Of a DNA stretch of 64,000 bases, positions 37,101 through 47,003 are shown piece by piece. Each line of letters opens with the position of its first letter. Positions within the stretch are counted from its first letter, which is position 1. The translations under genes and the position numbers were made by a program. The stretch is from the NCBI GenBank assembly GCA_030141605.1, contig JAQGDQ010000994.1, positions 7,969-71,968 of the forward strand, in the 5' to 3' direction. This DNA is from Tubiluchus corallicola. Its lineage: Eukaryota; Animalia; Priapulida. The notes under the pieces were generated by a model. The model made no database searches. It saw only the letters and a program-made list of their open reading frames with translations, and was not told the origin of the DNA.

Positions 37101-37648
37101 CTGCGTGCAAGGATATCCTTGATAAGGAGCTGGGAGATAACATAACTTATTAAACATGGCCTGATTCACTAACAAGGCAGGACGTCTAAGATGAGCAGAT
37201 CATCAGGTACATAAGCACATGCAAGCAAGCAGAATCAGTACGCCCAAAGAAAACACCCATAGTAAGTATCAAAACAGTTTACCCATTCAGTTGTTTAAGC
37301 AGACGCTGTGCCAATCCTAACTTCGGTTGCCAATCACAACACCGTGACAACTCGGCTGTGTCACTATGTCGCTAAAGTGATAAACATATTATAATTTCAA
37401 TGCTTATTGCCCATAAGCAAGATATTGTACAATATCAGAGTACTACGCAGTTTACTATGCCTGATTACCGAGGTTAAAAATCAATAGTTAGTTGGCAGTG
37501 AATAAAAAACTGTTTGATTTGCAAATACCTGAGGCTGAAGCTCTCCCACCGGTTGTTTACGGGAACCATCTATCTTATGTGTCATTGCTTGTGTTAGCTG
37601 TTCTCTGAGCTTTTTTGCGTTTTCAGATAAGCCGCGGCTGACTGCCAT
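11045..37648 (-). CDS. SDCCAG8: SDCCAG8-like centrosomal/ciliary coiled-coil protein, whole spliced gene (16 exons, ~685 aa)
   Basis: Exons 37529-37648, 37283-37371, 37093-37129, 36028-36132, 33411-33521, 32122-32193, 27541-27797, 25650-25788, 24378-24530, 22600-22734, 21033-21149, 18975-19103, 17828-17960, 14367-14484, 13202-13376, 11045-11212 join in frame; motifs [46 protein letters not shown] match recalled human SDCCAG8 in order. Exons 2-3 tentative. Confidence 0.88.
12123..12440 (-). mobile_element. 5'-truncated copy of the 5S-derived SINE body
   Basis: Reverse complement of 60252-60552, (CCAA)n tail, imperfect flanking repeat ACAGGCCACT/ACAGGACACT. Confidence 0.8.
12840..13030 (+). 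mobile_element. Dispersed repeat fragment (family of 14636-15070 and 62161-62609)
   Basis: Shared TCAATTATGC-GAGTTATTTGA...ATAGGAGCGGC...TTTTGAG. Confidence 0.6.
13202..13376 (-). CDS. SDCCAG8: SDCCAG8 exon
   Basis: gtcag|...[12 protein letters not shown]...DVSVQR|gtaaaa. Confidence 0.8.
13434..13560. repeat. (GT)n/GC compound microsatellite
   Basis: Direct. Confidence 0.9.
13700..14360. repeat. 22-bp minisatellite (AACAAAGGTAAACAAACTCTTT)
   Basis: About 30 units ending at SDCCAG8 donor 14366. Confidence 0.95.
14367..14484 (-). CDS. SDCCAG8: SDCCAG8 exon
   Basis: tttttag|[33 protein letters not shown]|gtaagt. Confidence 0.85.
14636..15070 (+). mobile_element. Dispersed repeat (probable DNA transposon remnant)
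   Basis: Near-identical to 62161-62609, partial to 61862-61962 and 12840-13030. Confidence 0.6.
15400..17815. repeat. 40-bp minisatellite, ~60 units (AACAATTAGACAAGTAGTGAAACAAACATTTAACCTAACG)
   Basis: Clear 40-bp period; abuts donor at 17827. Confidence 0.97.
17828..17960 (-). CDS. SDCCAG8: SDCCAG8 exon
   Basis: cttag|[10 protein letters not shown]...IEQLEQRN|gtatgt (alternative same-phase donor would end exon at 17834). Confidence 0.75.
18975..19103 (-). CDS. SDCCAG8: SDCCAG8 exon with GC donor
   Basis: tttag|[17 protein letters not shown]...RLERE|gcaagt. Confidence 0.75.
19421..19720 (+). mobile_element. tRNA-derived SINE with (ATT)n tail
   Basis: A/B-box-like TAGTCCAGTGG / GAGTTCGAACC, TCC anticodon loop, core CCAAAGACTTTAAAAATGGTACC; second copy at 36228. 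Confidence 0.85.
20024..20775. repeat. 29-bp CpG-rich minisatellite, ~26 units (CTCGTGACTGTACTCATGACGTCATTCGT)
   Basis: Direct tandem units. Confidence 0.97.
21033..21149 (-). CDS. SDCCAG8: SDCCAG8 exon
   Basis: ttacag|[16 protein letters not shown]...IAMQ|gtaagt. Confidence 0.8.
21520..22380. repeat. Polypurine tract with (AAGAG)n and (AG)n
   Basis: Direct. Confidence 0.95.
22600..22734 (-). CDS. SDCCAG8: SDCCAG8 exon
   Basis: actag|[24 protein letters not shown]...NLSR|gtaaaa. Confidence 0.85.
22863..22923 (-). pseudogene. Diverged partial duplicate of SDCCAG8 exon 22600-22734
   Basis: [20 protein letters not shown] versus [20 protein letters not shown]. Confidence 0.75.
22924..23130 (+). 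mobile_element. tRNA-derived SINE (related subfamily)
   Basis: TAGCTCAATGGTAGCG...GGTTCAACTCC...GTCATACCAAAGAC; followed by (TAT)/(CAT) microsatellites. Confidence 0.7.
23821..24282. repeat. 35-bp minisatellite x13
   Basis: ACAACAGCTTCATTTACAAACAATAGTAGAATATA. Confidence 0.95.
24378..24530 (-). CDS. SDCCAG8: SDCCAG8 exon
   Basis: caaag|[18 protein letters not shown]...IELR|gtaacc. Confidence 0.85.
24565..24925. repeat. AC-rich minisatellite (ATACATGCAACAAAATACATA core)
   Basis: Degenerate tandem units next to acceptor 24531. Confidence 0.9.
25357..25710. repeat. 70-bp tandem repeat x5 made of exon end plus donor
   Basis: Unit = last 61 nt of exon 25650-25788 + GTAGGTAGG. Confidence 0.95.
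25650..25788 (-). CDS. SDCCAG8: SDCCAG8 exon
   Basis: tttag|[13 protein letters not shown]...EQAQLEKAQ|gtaggt. Confidence 0.85.
26480..26866. mobile_element. pogo/Tigger-like MITE (degenerate)
   Basis: Internal AAACCGGAC/GTCCGGTTT inverted motifs, end GAGGGTTGACTG-TA. Confidence 0.5.
27040..27430 (-). mobile_element. Dispersed repeat, inverted copy of 7730-8125
   Basis: Reverse-complement homology. Confidence 0.7.
27541..27797 (-). CDS. SDCCAG8: SDCCAG8 exon
   Basis: tttttag|[18 protein letters not shown]...LCVKCANEQ...TIEKLT|gtagat. Confidence 0.85.
27791..31838. repeat. 32-bp minisatellite, ~126 units, each containing the SDCCAG8 acceptor
   Basis: TAACTGCCTAAAAATACATGTTTGCATGAGTA; first unit overlaps exon start 27797. 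Confidence 0.97.
32122..32193 (-). CDS. SDCCAG8: SDCCAG8 exon
   Basis: ttttcag|[24 protein letters not shown]|gtataa. Confidence 0.7.
33173..33438. repeat. 33-bp tandem repeat x8 made of exon end plus donor
   Basis: Minus-strand unit ACAGGAGTAATAGACGTACCCGGG|GTAAGTTCA. Confidence 0.95.
33411..33521 (-). CDS. SDCCAG8: SDCCAG8 exon (may extend in frame to 33180 through repeat)
   Basis: atccag|[25 protein letters not shown]...VPG|gt; 8 possible donors. Confidence 0.8.
34482..35229. mobile_element. hAT-like MITE
   Basis: TIR CAGGGGCGTATTAAGA / TCTTGATACGCCCCTG; 8-bp TSD CTAGTGGC/CTAGCGGC. Confidence 0.8.
36028..36132 (-). CDS. SDCCAG8: SDCCAG8 exon
   Basis: ctgcag|[30 protein letters not shown]|gtatgt, like human MPTMHDLVHTINDQSQYIHHLEAE. 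Confidence 0.85.
36228..36498 (+). mobile_element. tRNA-derived SINE, second copy of 19421 family
   Basis: Colinear and highly similar to 19421-19690. Confidence 0.85.
37529..37648 (-). CDS. SDCCAG8: SDCCAG8 probable first coding exon
   Basis: ATG at 37648, [18 protein letters not shown]...PQ|gtattt; phase fits tentative exons 37283-37371 and 37093-37129. Confidence 0.6.
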
Positions 37649-38306
37649 GGGAAGACGAAATTCTTATCTGATTCAACTCAAGAGCTTTACATAATTTTAC
37701 AGTTTGAAAAAGAAGTTCCTCAAGTAGCCTTAAGGGCTTGACCTATCCAATGTAGTTTTAAATTTCCTTATTGCTTACTCCATGGGTCTCACTTCATCAC
37801 ATCACATCAAACAAATCATCACACAGCACCCCACCAATTCGCAGCTTTTGATTTTGCACCAAAAAATTCAAAATGAGCAATATACGAAATCTTCAAAATA
37901 TACGATCCAAGACCCAGAAAGGTTGCTTTTCTTGGCGCGTCCCTGTTGATTTTTCGAGACTACATTTTGTAAGAGAATTTTTGAATTTCAAGTCTTTGAA
38001 GATATTATAGTGCAAACACATTTGGGCCTAGTTGATATGCTCGTGAATTTTACTGGTCTATAAATGAATCTTTAGTTTGTTTGGCATACTGAATTGTTCA
38101 GCGGTGTAAGCTTTATAGAGCCCTTTGGTTTGGCACTCTCTCATTTTATAGTTTTGATACATATCAGTTAATTCAAATAAATTTTGTTTATTTATCTTAC
38201 CATATTATCATTGTGCGCAGTCTTAATGCGCACAATACAGAGACGAAGCGTCTGGTAACCCTTGGTCATCAGTTTGTGCTTTGCAGCGTCAGTAACATAA
38301 TGTAAT

Positions 38307-38484
38307 TGTAATGTTATCAATATAGTAGCCTGGTACAATATAGTTCCCAGTGTTATATGTGTGAACAGGCCTCGAGTATCATTACGCACTTGGATTCGAG
38401 CTGTGTGGACGTAATTTGTGTCTTCTGATTAAGTTTATTAAACTCATTACATATAAATATTGTGTTCTAGTACATAATATTACA
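38307..38484 (+). repeat. 5' LTR (178 bp)
   Basis: Differs from 3' LTR by one substitution and a 4-nt indel. Confidence 0.95.
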
Positions 38485-38835
38485 TGGTGGCAGCCAGTGG
38501 AAACGGACTTACACTGCCAAACACCAGGAAGCTGTGAAAAATACCAGTTTCAAGAAAGTTTAATATCAGAAAGGCATACTAGCTGTCAACGCATGGCGCC
38601 ACGTTCCCGCTCATCATTAAAGTACTGCGAAAGCCCCGACGGTCAGATCTGTGCGCAAAAAACAATTGGATTCGGTGACAGTGAACTTGAAGTTTTGATA
38701 GAGCAAGCGAGGCCACATCGGTGAGTAAAGCAGCTGACTTTTATACAGTTCTACAGTGTGCGACGCAATAGCTTACTACGAACTGTGTTGTCTGTGCAAT
38801 AACTTTAAACGCTACGTATAATTCAACGAAACTCA

Positions 38836-40428
38836 GTGCCAAGAAATATGGGAGATTTATCGGGAATAAATCCACCTTGTATGGACTGGAGTTGTCGTGA
38901 TTTACCGTCGAGTTTGAAAGCGTTTGAGCAATATTGCAGACTGATTTTTCAAGGCCCGCTAGCAACTAAAACTGACGCACAAAAAGCCACGTATATCTTG
39001 CTGTGGATAGGCCAAGACGGCCTAAAAATCTTCAACTCATGGGGTCTGAACGACGATGATAGGGCGAATCCGGACATAATTTTAAACAGATTTCGCAAAC
39101 ACTGTGAGCCTAAATCGAACTTTCGTCTGGCGAGATATAATCTGCAGAAATTTAAACAGACGGAACACGAGTCTGTAGATGACTTTATGGCGCGCTGCAA
39201 ACTGCAGGCGCAAAAGTGTAAATTCAGTATCGCCGAGATGGAAGAAAGACTGATCGAAATTTTAATTATTGGAACGAGAGAGAAAAAGGTTCAAGAGTCT
39301 TTGCTCGGTAAGGATGAAAATTTAAAATTAGATGAAGCTAAGGACTTGGCTCGAACCAGAGAAGCCACGATCGCTGATATGAAAGAGTTAAACGACTCTG
39401 CACACACAAACGTCGACGCTGTCAGTCGCGACACAGCCTATAATGAGACGACAAAAAGTTGCGGCAAATGTGGTCTCAAGCATGGCAGAAAATGCCCAGC
39501 ATGGGGCAGTCGCTGCCATAAATGCAATGGCATGAATCACTGGAAAAATATGTGCAGAACTGATTTGTCCAATAGACAAAGTGGCGACGCGAATAAGAAG
39601 CAGATGAGAAAACCAAGACGTCGAAGTCGAGGTAGAAGCTGCAGGCGTTCATTTTCGCAGCCTAGAGATATACAACGTTCAGTTGAGAACAATGCAGTGC
39701 AATTTAATGATGAATCAGATGAACTAACTTTTCAAAGTGTTCAGTCAGACAATGCACACAGAGATGAAGTTTTTGCAAAAATAGGGATAGCTTTGCCTAA
39801 CAAGGTAAATGTTAAAACATTTTTAAAAGCTAAAGTCGATACGGGAGCACAAGGTAATATTTTGCCTATAAGAATATACAGACGCATGTATCCTGAGAGA
39901 CTTGATGCAAGTGGTTTTCCCAAAGAAATACAGTCGAGTAAAACAACACTGACTGCATACAATGGTACTCAAATTACACAATATGGTGTGTGCGTAATAA
40001 AGTGCAAATACAAGGACAAAGGTCCAGATGCAACATTCTATGTAGCAGATGTGGACGGTCCTGCCATATGTGGCCTTCCAACATCACGAGCACTTAAGTT
40101 AGTTGAACTGAACTGTGAAATATCCAGGCAGACAGCTATCAAAGACAAAGAAGACTTGTTGGAGTTATACCCAGACCGTTTTCAGGGAATTGGCAAATTT
40201 GCAGGCGAGTACCACATTATGCTTGATCCGAAAGTTCCGCCTGTCATTCATGCTCAACGAAAATGTCCAATCCATCTTCGCAAACAGATAAAAGCAGAGC
40301 TGGATGAGATGGAAAAACTGGGCGTCATTACACCAGTTACCAAACCGACTGATTGGGTGTCTAGTACTGTATACCCACGTAAGTCGGAAGGAAGATTGCG
40401 AGTATGCCTTGACCCAACAGAGCAATAA
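38836..40428 (+). CDS. Gypsy gag-protease-RT start (frameshifted polyprotein part 1)
   Basis: CCHC knuckles (CHKCNGMNHWKNMC), DTGA protease, PTDWVS...LRVCLDP RT start. Confidence 0.9.
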   Translation: MPRNMGDLSGINPPCMDWSCRDLPSSLKAFEQYCRLIFQGPLATKTDAQKATYILLWIGQDGLKIFNSWGLNDDDRANPDIILNRFRKHCEPKSNFRLARYNLQKFKQTEHESVDDFMARCKLQAQKCKFSIAEMEERLIEILIIGTREKKVQESLLGKDENLKLDEAKDLARTREATIADMKELNDSAHTNVDAVSRDTAYNETTKSCGKCGLKHGRKCPAWGSRCHKCNGMNHWKNMCRTDLSNRQSGDANKKQMRKPRRRSRGRSCRRSFSQPRDIQRSVENNAVQFNDESDELTFQSVQSDNAHRDEVFAKIGIALPNKVNVKTFLKAKVDTGAQGNILPIRIYRRMYPERLDASGFPKEIQSSKTTLTAYNGTQITQYGVCVIKCKYKDKGPDATFYVADVDGPAICGLPTSRALKLVELNCEISRQTAIKDKEDLLELYPDRFQGIGKFAGEYHIMLDPKVPPVIHAQRKCPIHLRKQIKAELDEMEKLGVITPVTKPTDWVSSTVYPRKSEGRLRVCLDPTEQ

Positions 40429-40688
40429 AGCGTACCCACCATCATATTCCGACCATGGAAGAACTAACTCACAAGTTCAACGGAAGTACAGTATTCTCAA
40501 AGTAGATGCCAGACATGGCTATTGTCAGTGTTAGAGAAGAATCATCGTATTTGACAACATTCAATAGCCCTTTTGGCCGTTACAGATTTCAAATGGATTT
40601 CATTTTAGAAAAATGCCTGACAGAAGGCATAGTGATGACATTGCGTACATGGTAAAACGAAGCTGAGCACAATGCCAATTTACTCAAC

Positions 40689-41768
40689 TTGATGGAAGTA
40701 GCAAGAGAGCATGGGCTGGTATTCAACTACGAGAAATGCAGCATAAAACAAAACAGCATCACATTTTTTGGAATGGTGTTCGATGCAAATGGAGTCCACC
40801 CAGACCCAGCAAAGATCAAAGCTATTCAAGTCATGAAAGCACCAGAAAGCAGCCAGGAACTGCAAACTTTTCTCGGCATGGCAACATATTTGTCACCGTT
40901 CATTCCAAATTTGTCAGCAGTCTCACAACCATTGCGGAAGTTACTTAAAAAAGGAACTATTTTTCAATGGTCTCCATCACACAACAAGGTGTTTGAACAA
41001 ATGAAGCAAATAATTTGCAGAGACGTGACATTGAGCTATTATGACCCAAACAAACAAAGCATCCTACAAGTAGATGCTTCGATGAAAGGACTTGGAGCTG
41101 TTCTCCTGCAGGATAACAAGCCAGTTGCATATGCTTCAAAATCATTAAGTGACTGTGAACTGAGATATGCAAACATAGAGCGTGAGATGCTGGCTGTTGT
41201 CTTCGGATGTGAAAGATTTCACACATACTTATATGGGAAACAGTTCAAGGTTCAGACTGATCACAAGCCGCTTGAAATGATTCACATGAAGAATTTATCA
41301 GCAGCACCTCAGCGATTACAGTGGATGTTACTAAGAGTCCAGCCATACGACTTTACTATACAGTACATTCCTGGTAAAGAAATGCTGTTAGCCGATGCAT
41401 TATCGAGATCCCCTACAAGTGACCAGTCGACCGACATTGAGCTAGATGTGCGAGTTGATCTTGTGCGGTTTTCACAAGAAAAACAAGAGATGCTGCGAAG
41501 CAGTACACGAAGCTGTCCTGAACTACGCGCACTAAGTGAAATGATTATCACTGGATGGCCAGAATATCATAAACAAGTACCACAAATGCTCCGACCATAT
41601 TGGCCATATAGAGATGAACTCACTATAGCAGATGGCATAATTTTAAAAGGCGACCGCGTGTTAATTCCAAAAAACATGCAGAAGGAGATACTCCATAAAC
41701 TACACGGAATCACACCAAGGAATCGAAAAAACCAAGCTTCGTGCAAAAGATTGTGTGTATTGGAATAA
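40689..41768 (+). CDS. Gypsy RT C-terminus/RNase H (part 2)
   Basis: DASMKGLGAVL, YANIEREMLAV, TDHKPL motifs. Confidence 0.9.
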   Translation: MMEVAREHGLVFNYEKCSIKQNSITFFGMVFDANGVHPDPAKIKAIQVMKAPESSQELQTFLGMATYLSPFIPNLSAVSQPLRKLLKKGTIFQWSPSHNKVFEQMKQIICRDVTLSYYDPNKQSILQVDASMKGLGAVLLQDNKPVAYASKSLSDCELRYANIEREMLAVVFGCERFHTYLYGKQFKVQTDHKPLEMIHMKNLSAAPQRLQWMLLRVQPYDFTIQYIPGKEMLLADALSRSPTSDQSTDIELDVRVDLVRFSQEKQEMLRSSTRSCPELRALSEMIITGWPEYHKQVPQMLRPYWPYRDELTIADGIILKGDRVLIPKNMQKEILHKLHGITPRNRKNQASCKRLCVLE

Positions 41769-42807
41769 TATCAACAACGATGTTGAAAATATAGTCAGAT
41801 CGTGTCAAATCTGCCAAGAGTGTCAGCGGTCTCAGCAAGCAGAGCCACTCATGCAACACGAGATTCCTACTCACCCATGGCAAATCATAGGAACCGATTT
41901 GTTCTATCTGAATGGTGAAAACTACCTACTTTTATGTGACTATTTTTCAAAGTTTCCTATCGTCAAACACATTCATGGAAAATGCACAAGTCAAGCCATT
42001 GTTGATCTTACAAAGAGTGTTTTCTCTGAACATGGGATACCAGACAAGATCATCAGCGATAATGGCCGGCACTTCGATAGTGAAGCTTACCGTTCATTTA
42101 CGAAGGAATGGGGTCTTGATCATATCACCTCAAGTCCTCGATATGCGCAATCAAATGGTTTTATTGAACGACAAGTTCAAACTGTCAAAAATACACTTGC
42201 CAAAGCTCACAAAGCTGGAGTAGATCCTGATATGGCTATGCTAATTTTACGTGCCACTCCAATTGATCATCGTCTACCTTCACCAGCAGAAATGCTAAAC
42301 AGACGGAAGCTAAAAACCAATGTTCCTACTAAGATACCTTATCAATCTCGCGAAAGCTCTGATATTACTGATCACCTTCGACAGAAGCAAGCCAAGCAAA
42401 ACGGATATTATGACAAGAAAAGGGCTGCTAACCATGAGCTACCACCACTGTCACTTGGTCAGCAAGTACGTGTACAAGATCAAGCTACAAACAAGTGGCA
42501 TCCTGGTATCATTGGGAAATTATGTGAAGAGCCTCGATCCTACGAAGTGATAATGCCCTCAGGTAACATGATGCGACGTAACAGACGTCATATTCGTGAA
42601 GCAAAGAACACTGAAGAATTTCAAGACAACTCAGCAGAAACACCAAATTCTTCACCAGTTTACAACCCATCAGATTGCCAAACTGTCTCAGCAGGCAAAC
42701 GACACAAACAAGTACGATTTTCCAATGAAACTGAGTTCAACCGAGTTCTACATACTAGTCCAACAAGACCAGCAACAGATAGTTCGAAACAGGATATACA
42801 CAAGTGA
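41755..42807 (+). CDS. Gypsy integrase (part 3)
   Basis: CQIC zinc finger, GTDLF, SDNG, SNGFIER DDE motifs. Confidence 0.9.
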   Translation: MYWNNINNDVENIVRSCQICQECQRSQQAEPLMQHEIPTHPWQIIGTDLFYLNGENYLLLCDYFSKFPIVKHIHGKCTSQAIVDLTKSVFSEHGIPDKIISDNGRHFDSEAYRSFTKEWGLDHITSSPRYAQSNGFIERQVQTVKNTLAKAHKAGVDPDMAMLILRATPIDHRLPSPAEMLNRRKLKTNVPTKIPYQSRESSDITDHLRQKQAKQNGYYDKKRAANHELPPLSLGQQVRVQDQATNKWHPGIIGKLCEEPRSYEVIMPSGNMMRRNRRHIREAKNTEEFQDNSAETPNSSPVYNPSDCQTVSAGKRHKQVRFSNETEFNRVLHTSPTRPATDSSKQDIHK

Positions 42808-43154
42808 CAGAGTACAAGACAAGAGCAGGAGGAACAGTAATGAAACCTCGGAGACTTGATCTATAGTGTCTCAGATATTTATTTTAAGTTCTTGTTACAA
42901 CATTATGTATAAGTATATGCATAGTTGTATTACACATAATATTTTGAGTAATTACCTTGAGTAAATTTTACTTATATTTGCATTACAGTCGCAGAAGTGA
43001 CAGAATTAGTATGTTAATTGCAATTTGAGATTATACTATCTATGCCAAAATGTTGCAAAGTGAGTCAGTTAGTGTTCTGTTCTAATTCAGAGAATTTCGA
43101 GTGTTAAAGTTTCATCAATGATAATTACAATTTCAAACTTGTGAACAAAGGGGA

Positions 43155-43336
43155 TGTAATGTTATCAATATAGTAGCCTGGTACAATATAGTTCCCAGTG
43201 TTATATGTGTGAACAGGCCTCGAGTATCATTACGCACTTGGATTCGAGCTGTGTGGACGTAATTTGTGTCTTCTGATTAAGTTCATTAAACTCTTTGATT
43301 ACATATAAATATTGTGTTCTAGTACATAATATTACA
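43155..43336 (+). repeat. 3' LTR (182 bp)
   Basis: Direct repeat of 38307-38484. Confidence 0.95.
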
Positions 43337-43721
43337 GTAATAATAATTAATACTACATGATATTAATTATTTCATTTTTTTTTTCAAAAATACAACAATT
43401 ACTGTAAATTTATAATATAAAAAAGATTATGTACTGGAAAACTAAAATAACAAACTATAAAGACTACAGTACAATTTAATGTATATGGAGAGAGGAGGGA
43501 TTTCCATATGTGACCATTGTCAGTTGGCAGCAATGCAAATCATCAGTATTTAGAATGATATTACTTGCTAAATTGAATCTGTTGATTATTAATACATTGT
43601 GCCTGTTACCTAAAATTTTTGGGACAGAAAGACCTGACACTAGTTATCACTGACAGTATCCAAATTCAGGTATCATCTCCTGACTTTACTGCTACTTCAA
43701 TTTTCAGATGGACGCCACAGG

Positions 43722-44657
43722 ATGATCACTTCCACAGAGTCGTACATGATTGATAAGCTGGACGCACTAAGTCTTCATTCAGAACCTTTGTCAAGCAGGT
43801 CAGACATAATTTCTTGCAGCTTTTCTTCTGCTACACGATCTGATGCTGGTGATAGGTCAGACGATAACTTTCAAGATTTGCCGATTGATACCAGTGATGA
43901 TAGCCATACTGAAAGTGACGTAGAAAGTCGAATAACAACAACGATAAGTGAAACTGAAAGCGAAGAGGAAGATAAAGTAGCAAAAACTGACATTGTGAGT
44001 CGATGTAAAAACATCCAACCAGTCAAGGAAGTTGCCCTGTCTTCTTATGAAAAATGGCTCATCAAAAAAGAACAGGTGAGACGGCAAATCTTAAGTGAGC
44101 AGGTTTACGAAGAAGAGAAGGCACGGAAAGAAGAGCATCTGTTGCAAGAGAAAAAAACACAAAAACAAAAACTATCCGAAGCAAGATTTCAAGAATGGTT
44201 GAAAGAAAAGGAGAAAAAACTACTGCGCAGGAAAGAGGTGAAGCAGCGCAAAGAGCAGGCAGCTATCCTCGAAAAAGAGAAACTGAGAAGAGCAAATAGG
44301 GAAAAGGCAAAATCGAAATATCAGGAATGGCTGGAAAAGAAATCCGCAGAGGAGGAAGAACAGAAACAGAAAGAGGAAAAGCAAAAGCGGCTAGAAGAGG
44401 AAATGAAACAGAAGAAGCGAATTCAAGCAGAAGAAGCATTTGAGAAGTGGAAGCAGAGGCACACCGCACGTCAGACTGCATCCATATCGGATTTTGCTTT
44501 AGGCCACCCTCCACCTGCATTTTGTAATCCGCGTCCCTGGATACCTCCAGATATTCCCAAAGCAGAACAAACAAAGAAGAAAAAGGCAAAACAAAAATCA
44601 TCTCAGAGACAGAAACGGCAGTTTCTCGTGGCTCGACCCAGAACTGCGTTTCTTTGA
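43722..44657 (+). CDS. CCDC34: CCDC34-like coiled-coil protein (exon probably starts at acceptor 43708)
   Basis: LSSYEKWLIKKE, repeated (F/Y)QEWL.KK, C-terminal PPPAFCNPRPW like CCDC34 PEPAFYNPIPW. Confidence 0.85.
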   Translation: MITSTESYMIDKLDALSLHSEPLSSRSDIISCSFSSATRSDAGDRSDDNFQDLPIDTSDDSHTESDVESRITTTISETESEEEDKVAKTDIVSRCKNIQPVKEVALSSYEKWLIKKEQVRRQILSEQVYEEEKARKEEHLLQEKKTQKQKLSEARFQEWLKEKEKKLLRRKEVKQRKEQAAILEKEKLRRANREKAKSKYQEWLEKKSAEEEEQKQKEEKQKRLEEEMKQKKRIQAEEAFEKWKQRHTARQTASISDFALGHPPPAFCNPRPWIPPDIPKAEQTKKKKAKQKSSQRQKRQFLVARPRTAFL

Positions 44658-47003
44658 AATTCTGTCATTCTCGTTGCTGTTACTTCAAATGTTCTCAGGC
44701 CATATAGTTTTTTACATTTGATGTAATTAAGTACATTTTCTCTCAGTAAAATTCCCATTGCCATTGTATTATTAGTTAAATACTCGTAAATCTAATTTTT
44801 ATAGTTGCTTTAATAACATTAAAAATTTAATTTTTGTTAATGTGTTTCGTGTTCGCAGTGATGTATTTTGATGCGTTTTTGATACATTTAGCGTTTGTTA
44901 CCATTAATACAAGCATAAAAGAGTGTTGAAATGAGATGCGTCCTGATAAGTTTAAACTCAGAACAAGTAAAGAGTGAATTTGAAGAGGAACTTTTTGCAT
45001 GCTAACTATAGAGTTCGTATAGTGTAAAAGAAAACTTGTTTTTATATCCAGTGACCTCTGATGACCTTTGATCTGACCTTTGGGTTGACACGTTTCCCAG
45101 AACCATCATTTCATAGAAAATAAGTTCGCAGAAAGAGGGAGAAACAGAGGAAAACGAGCTATAGAGAGGGAAGGTAAGAGAGACAAATGGGGAGAGATAG
45201 AGGAAAAAGAGGGATATTGAAGGAGGGAAACAGAAAGTAAAGTAGAAGAGATGAAGAGAAAGAGAAGATGAGAGTAAGAGGAAGGAAAGGAGCTAAAGAG
45301 GGAGAAAGAAACATAAAGAAATCGAAGGCTTTATCTTACTAAAAGACTTAGTAATTAGATTTAGCAGCTAAAAAAGTAACTGTGATTTTTGTGATAAAAA
45401 TGTGAAATGAGTATTCAAGGAAAAGTATTTTCTGTGAAAAAAATTTTCTGGCATATTTTTTTCCTGGAAAGCTACTTTTGGGAAATGTTTTCTGTGAAGT
45501 TTTTCTGGGAAACGGACCTAAACCATCCGAGATGGGCGCCCTATGGTAAAATCAAATTCCAAACGTTCTTACTGTGAGAAGTTCCATGAATGCAGCATAA
45601 GTTACCAAATCAGTGCACAAAAAAATTGACAAACACCAAAATGTGGGAGATACCAGCTGTTGCCAGTTGCTCGGCTACGGCTTGTGATTTAATGCATAAA
45701 AGCATCTGACTCCTCGTGAACTGAGGTGACATGTCACTTGCATTGAAGTTATAAGGTCATTCAAATGCCATTGAAATGTCAAACCACAAAATAATACCAT
45801 TGTATCTTTTCCGTCAGACTAGTAGTATGTCTCGGATTTTCATTGGTGCTGGAGCCGATCATTTCAAGCTTGTTTAGGCAGCGTGCACTAATATTTTTTA
45901 TTAAAAATCTATTTGTAGTGTGTTAGGTCACAAATTACATGAAATTATCAAACGCGACCAGTTTTTTTATGCCATGGTTTTGTTTGCTATGCTTACTGCT
46001 TAACCTTTGCGTGTTTGTGCGACTTGTATTACGCAAAACAATTTTATCCAAAGAACTCACTGCAAATATCTATAAAACTGAAAATTCTTATTTTCATTAA
46101 ATTTATTTAACAAAATTAACAGATCAACAAGATTCATTGAAAACAAAAAAAACTCAATCAAATAATTATTATTGTTTATAAATAATTATCATCATATTCC
46201 GCACATAAACGACATTGCCGTACATTAAGTACTGCATATAAACTATTAGAGGTATCACAAAATTTAAAAAACTAAACAATGTGTACATAGGAGACATTGA
46301 TTAGCTACAACAATACCAGTACATCGCTTGAACTAATTTTTTAAACAAAGCAACGTATTTTGAGTTCCACTATTAGACTTAGCTGATTTGACATTACTAC
46401 TACAGTCCAGCTAATGATGCGAAAGTTGACACATTTTCACAGTTTTGCTATTGTTTTATACACATTTCCTCCTGCAATGATAATAGCCAATTTGCAAGCC
46501 TTTGTGAAACATGTGCAGCGTGGTAGCCTTAAAGGAGCACCAGATCATAACGCTTCCTCTTTCCTATCAACAGATGGCATTACATTATGCACAGTACATT
46601 GGTTGCTATTCACTAGCACTGTGTACAGCATCTGTACTGTCTTCAGTTGTAAATACGTGTATTATTGAACTAACAGAAGCTAATGTACTTTTAGCAACAC
46701 AACAGGTTGTACAATAATGAAGCTTATGCAATACGTATTCTAACATAAGACAAGTCATCTTATTCTTACTCAAATTGAACAATTAATGCACTGTAGCATT
46801 TTGTGAGCAAAGCGAATTAGCATCAACGCTTACCGATTAGTAAAAAAATAATATTTTTTAATGATCAGTAAAATTAATTACCGAAAACACAGCAAAAAAT
46901 AATACATCATTATAAATACTAGAATCTTGAATGCCAGTGCTTCATTTAACCGCTGAGACATTTAGTGCTGTTACACTTGAAGATTTTTGCAATAGTGTTA
47001 ATA

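Larger units (their letters stand above)
38307..43336 (+). mobile_element. Full-length Ty3/Gypsy LTR retrotransposon (Mag-like)
   Basis: TG...CA LTRs 38307-38484 and 43155-43336, TSD GTAAT both sides, PBS TGGTGGCAGC (tRNA-Leu-like), purine tract before 3' LTR, order gag-PR-RT-RH-IN. Confidence 0.97.

Noticed and set aside
37650-38300. RFX X-box for ciliary gene pair
   Set aside because: No convincing GTTNCCATGGNAAC match seen
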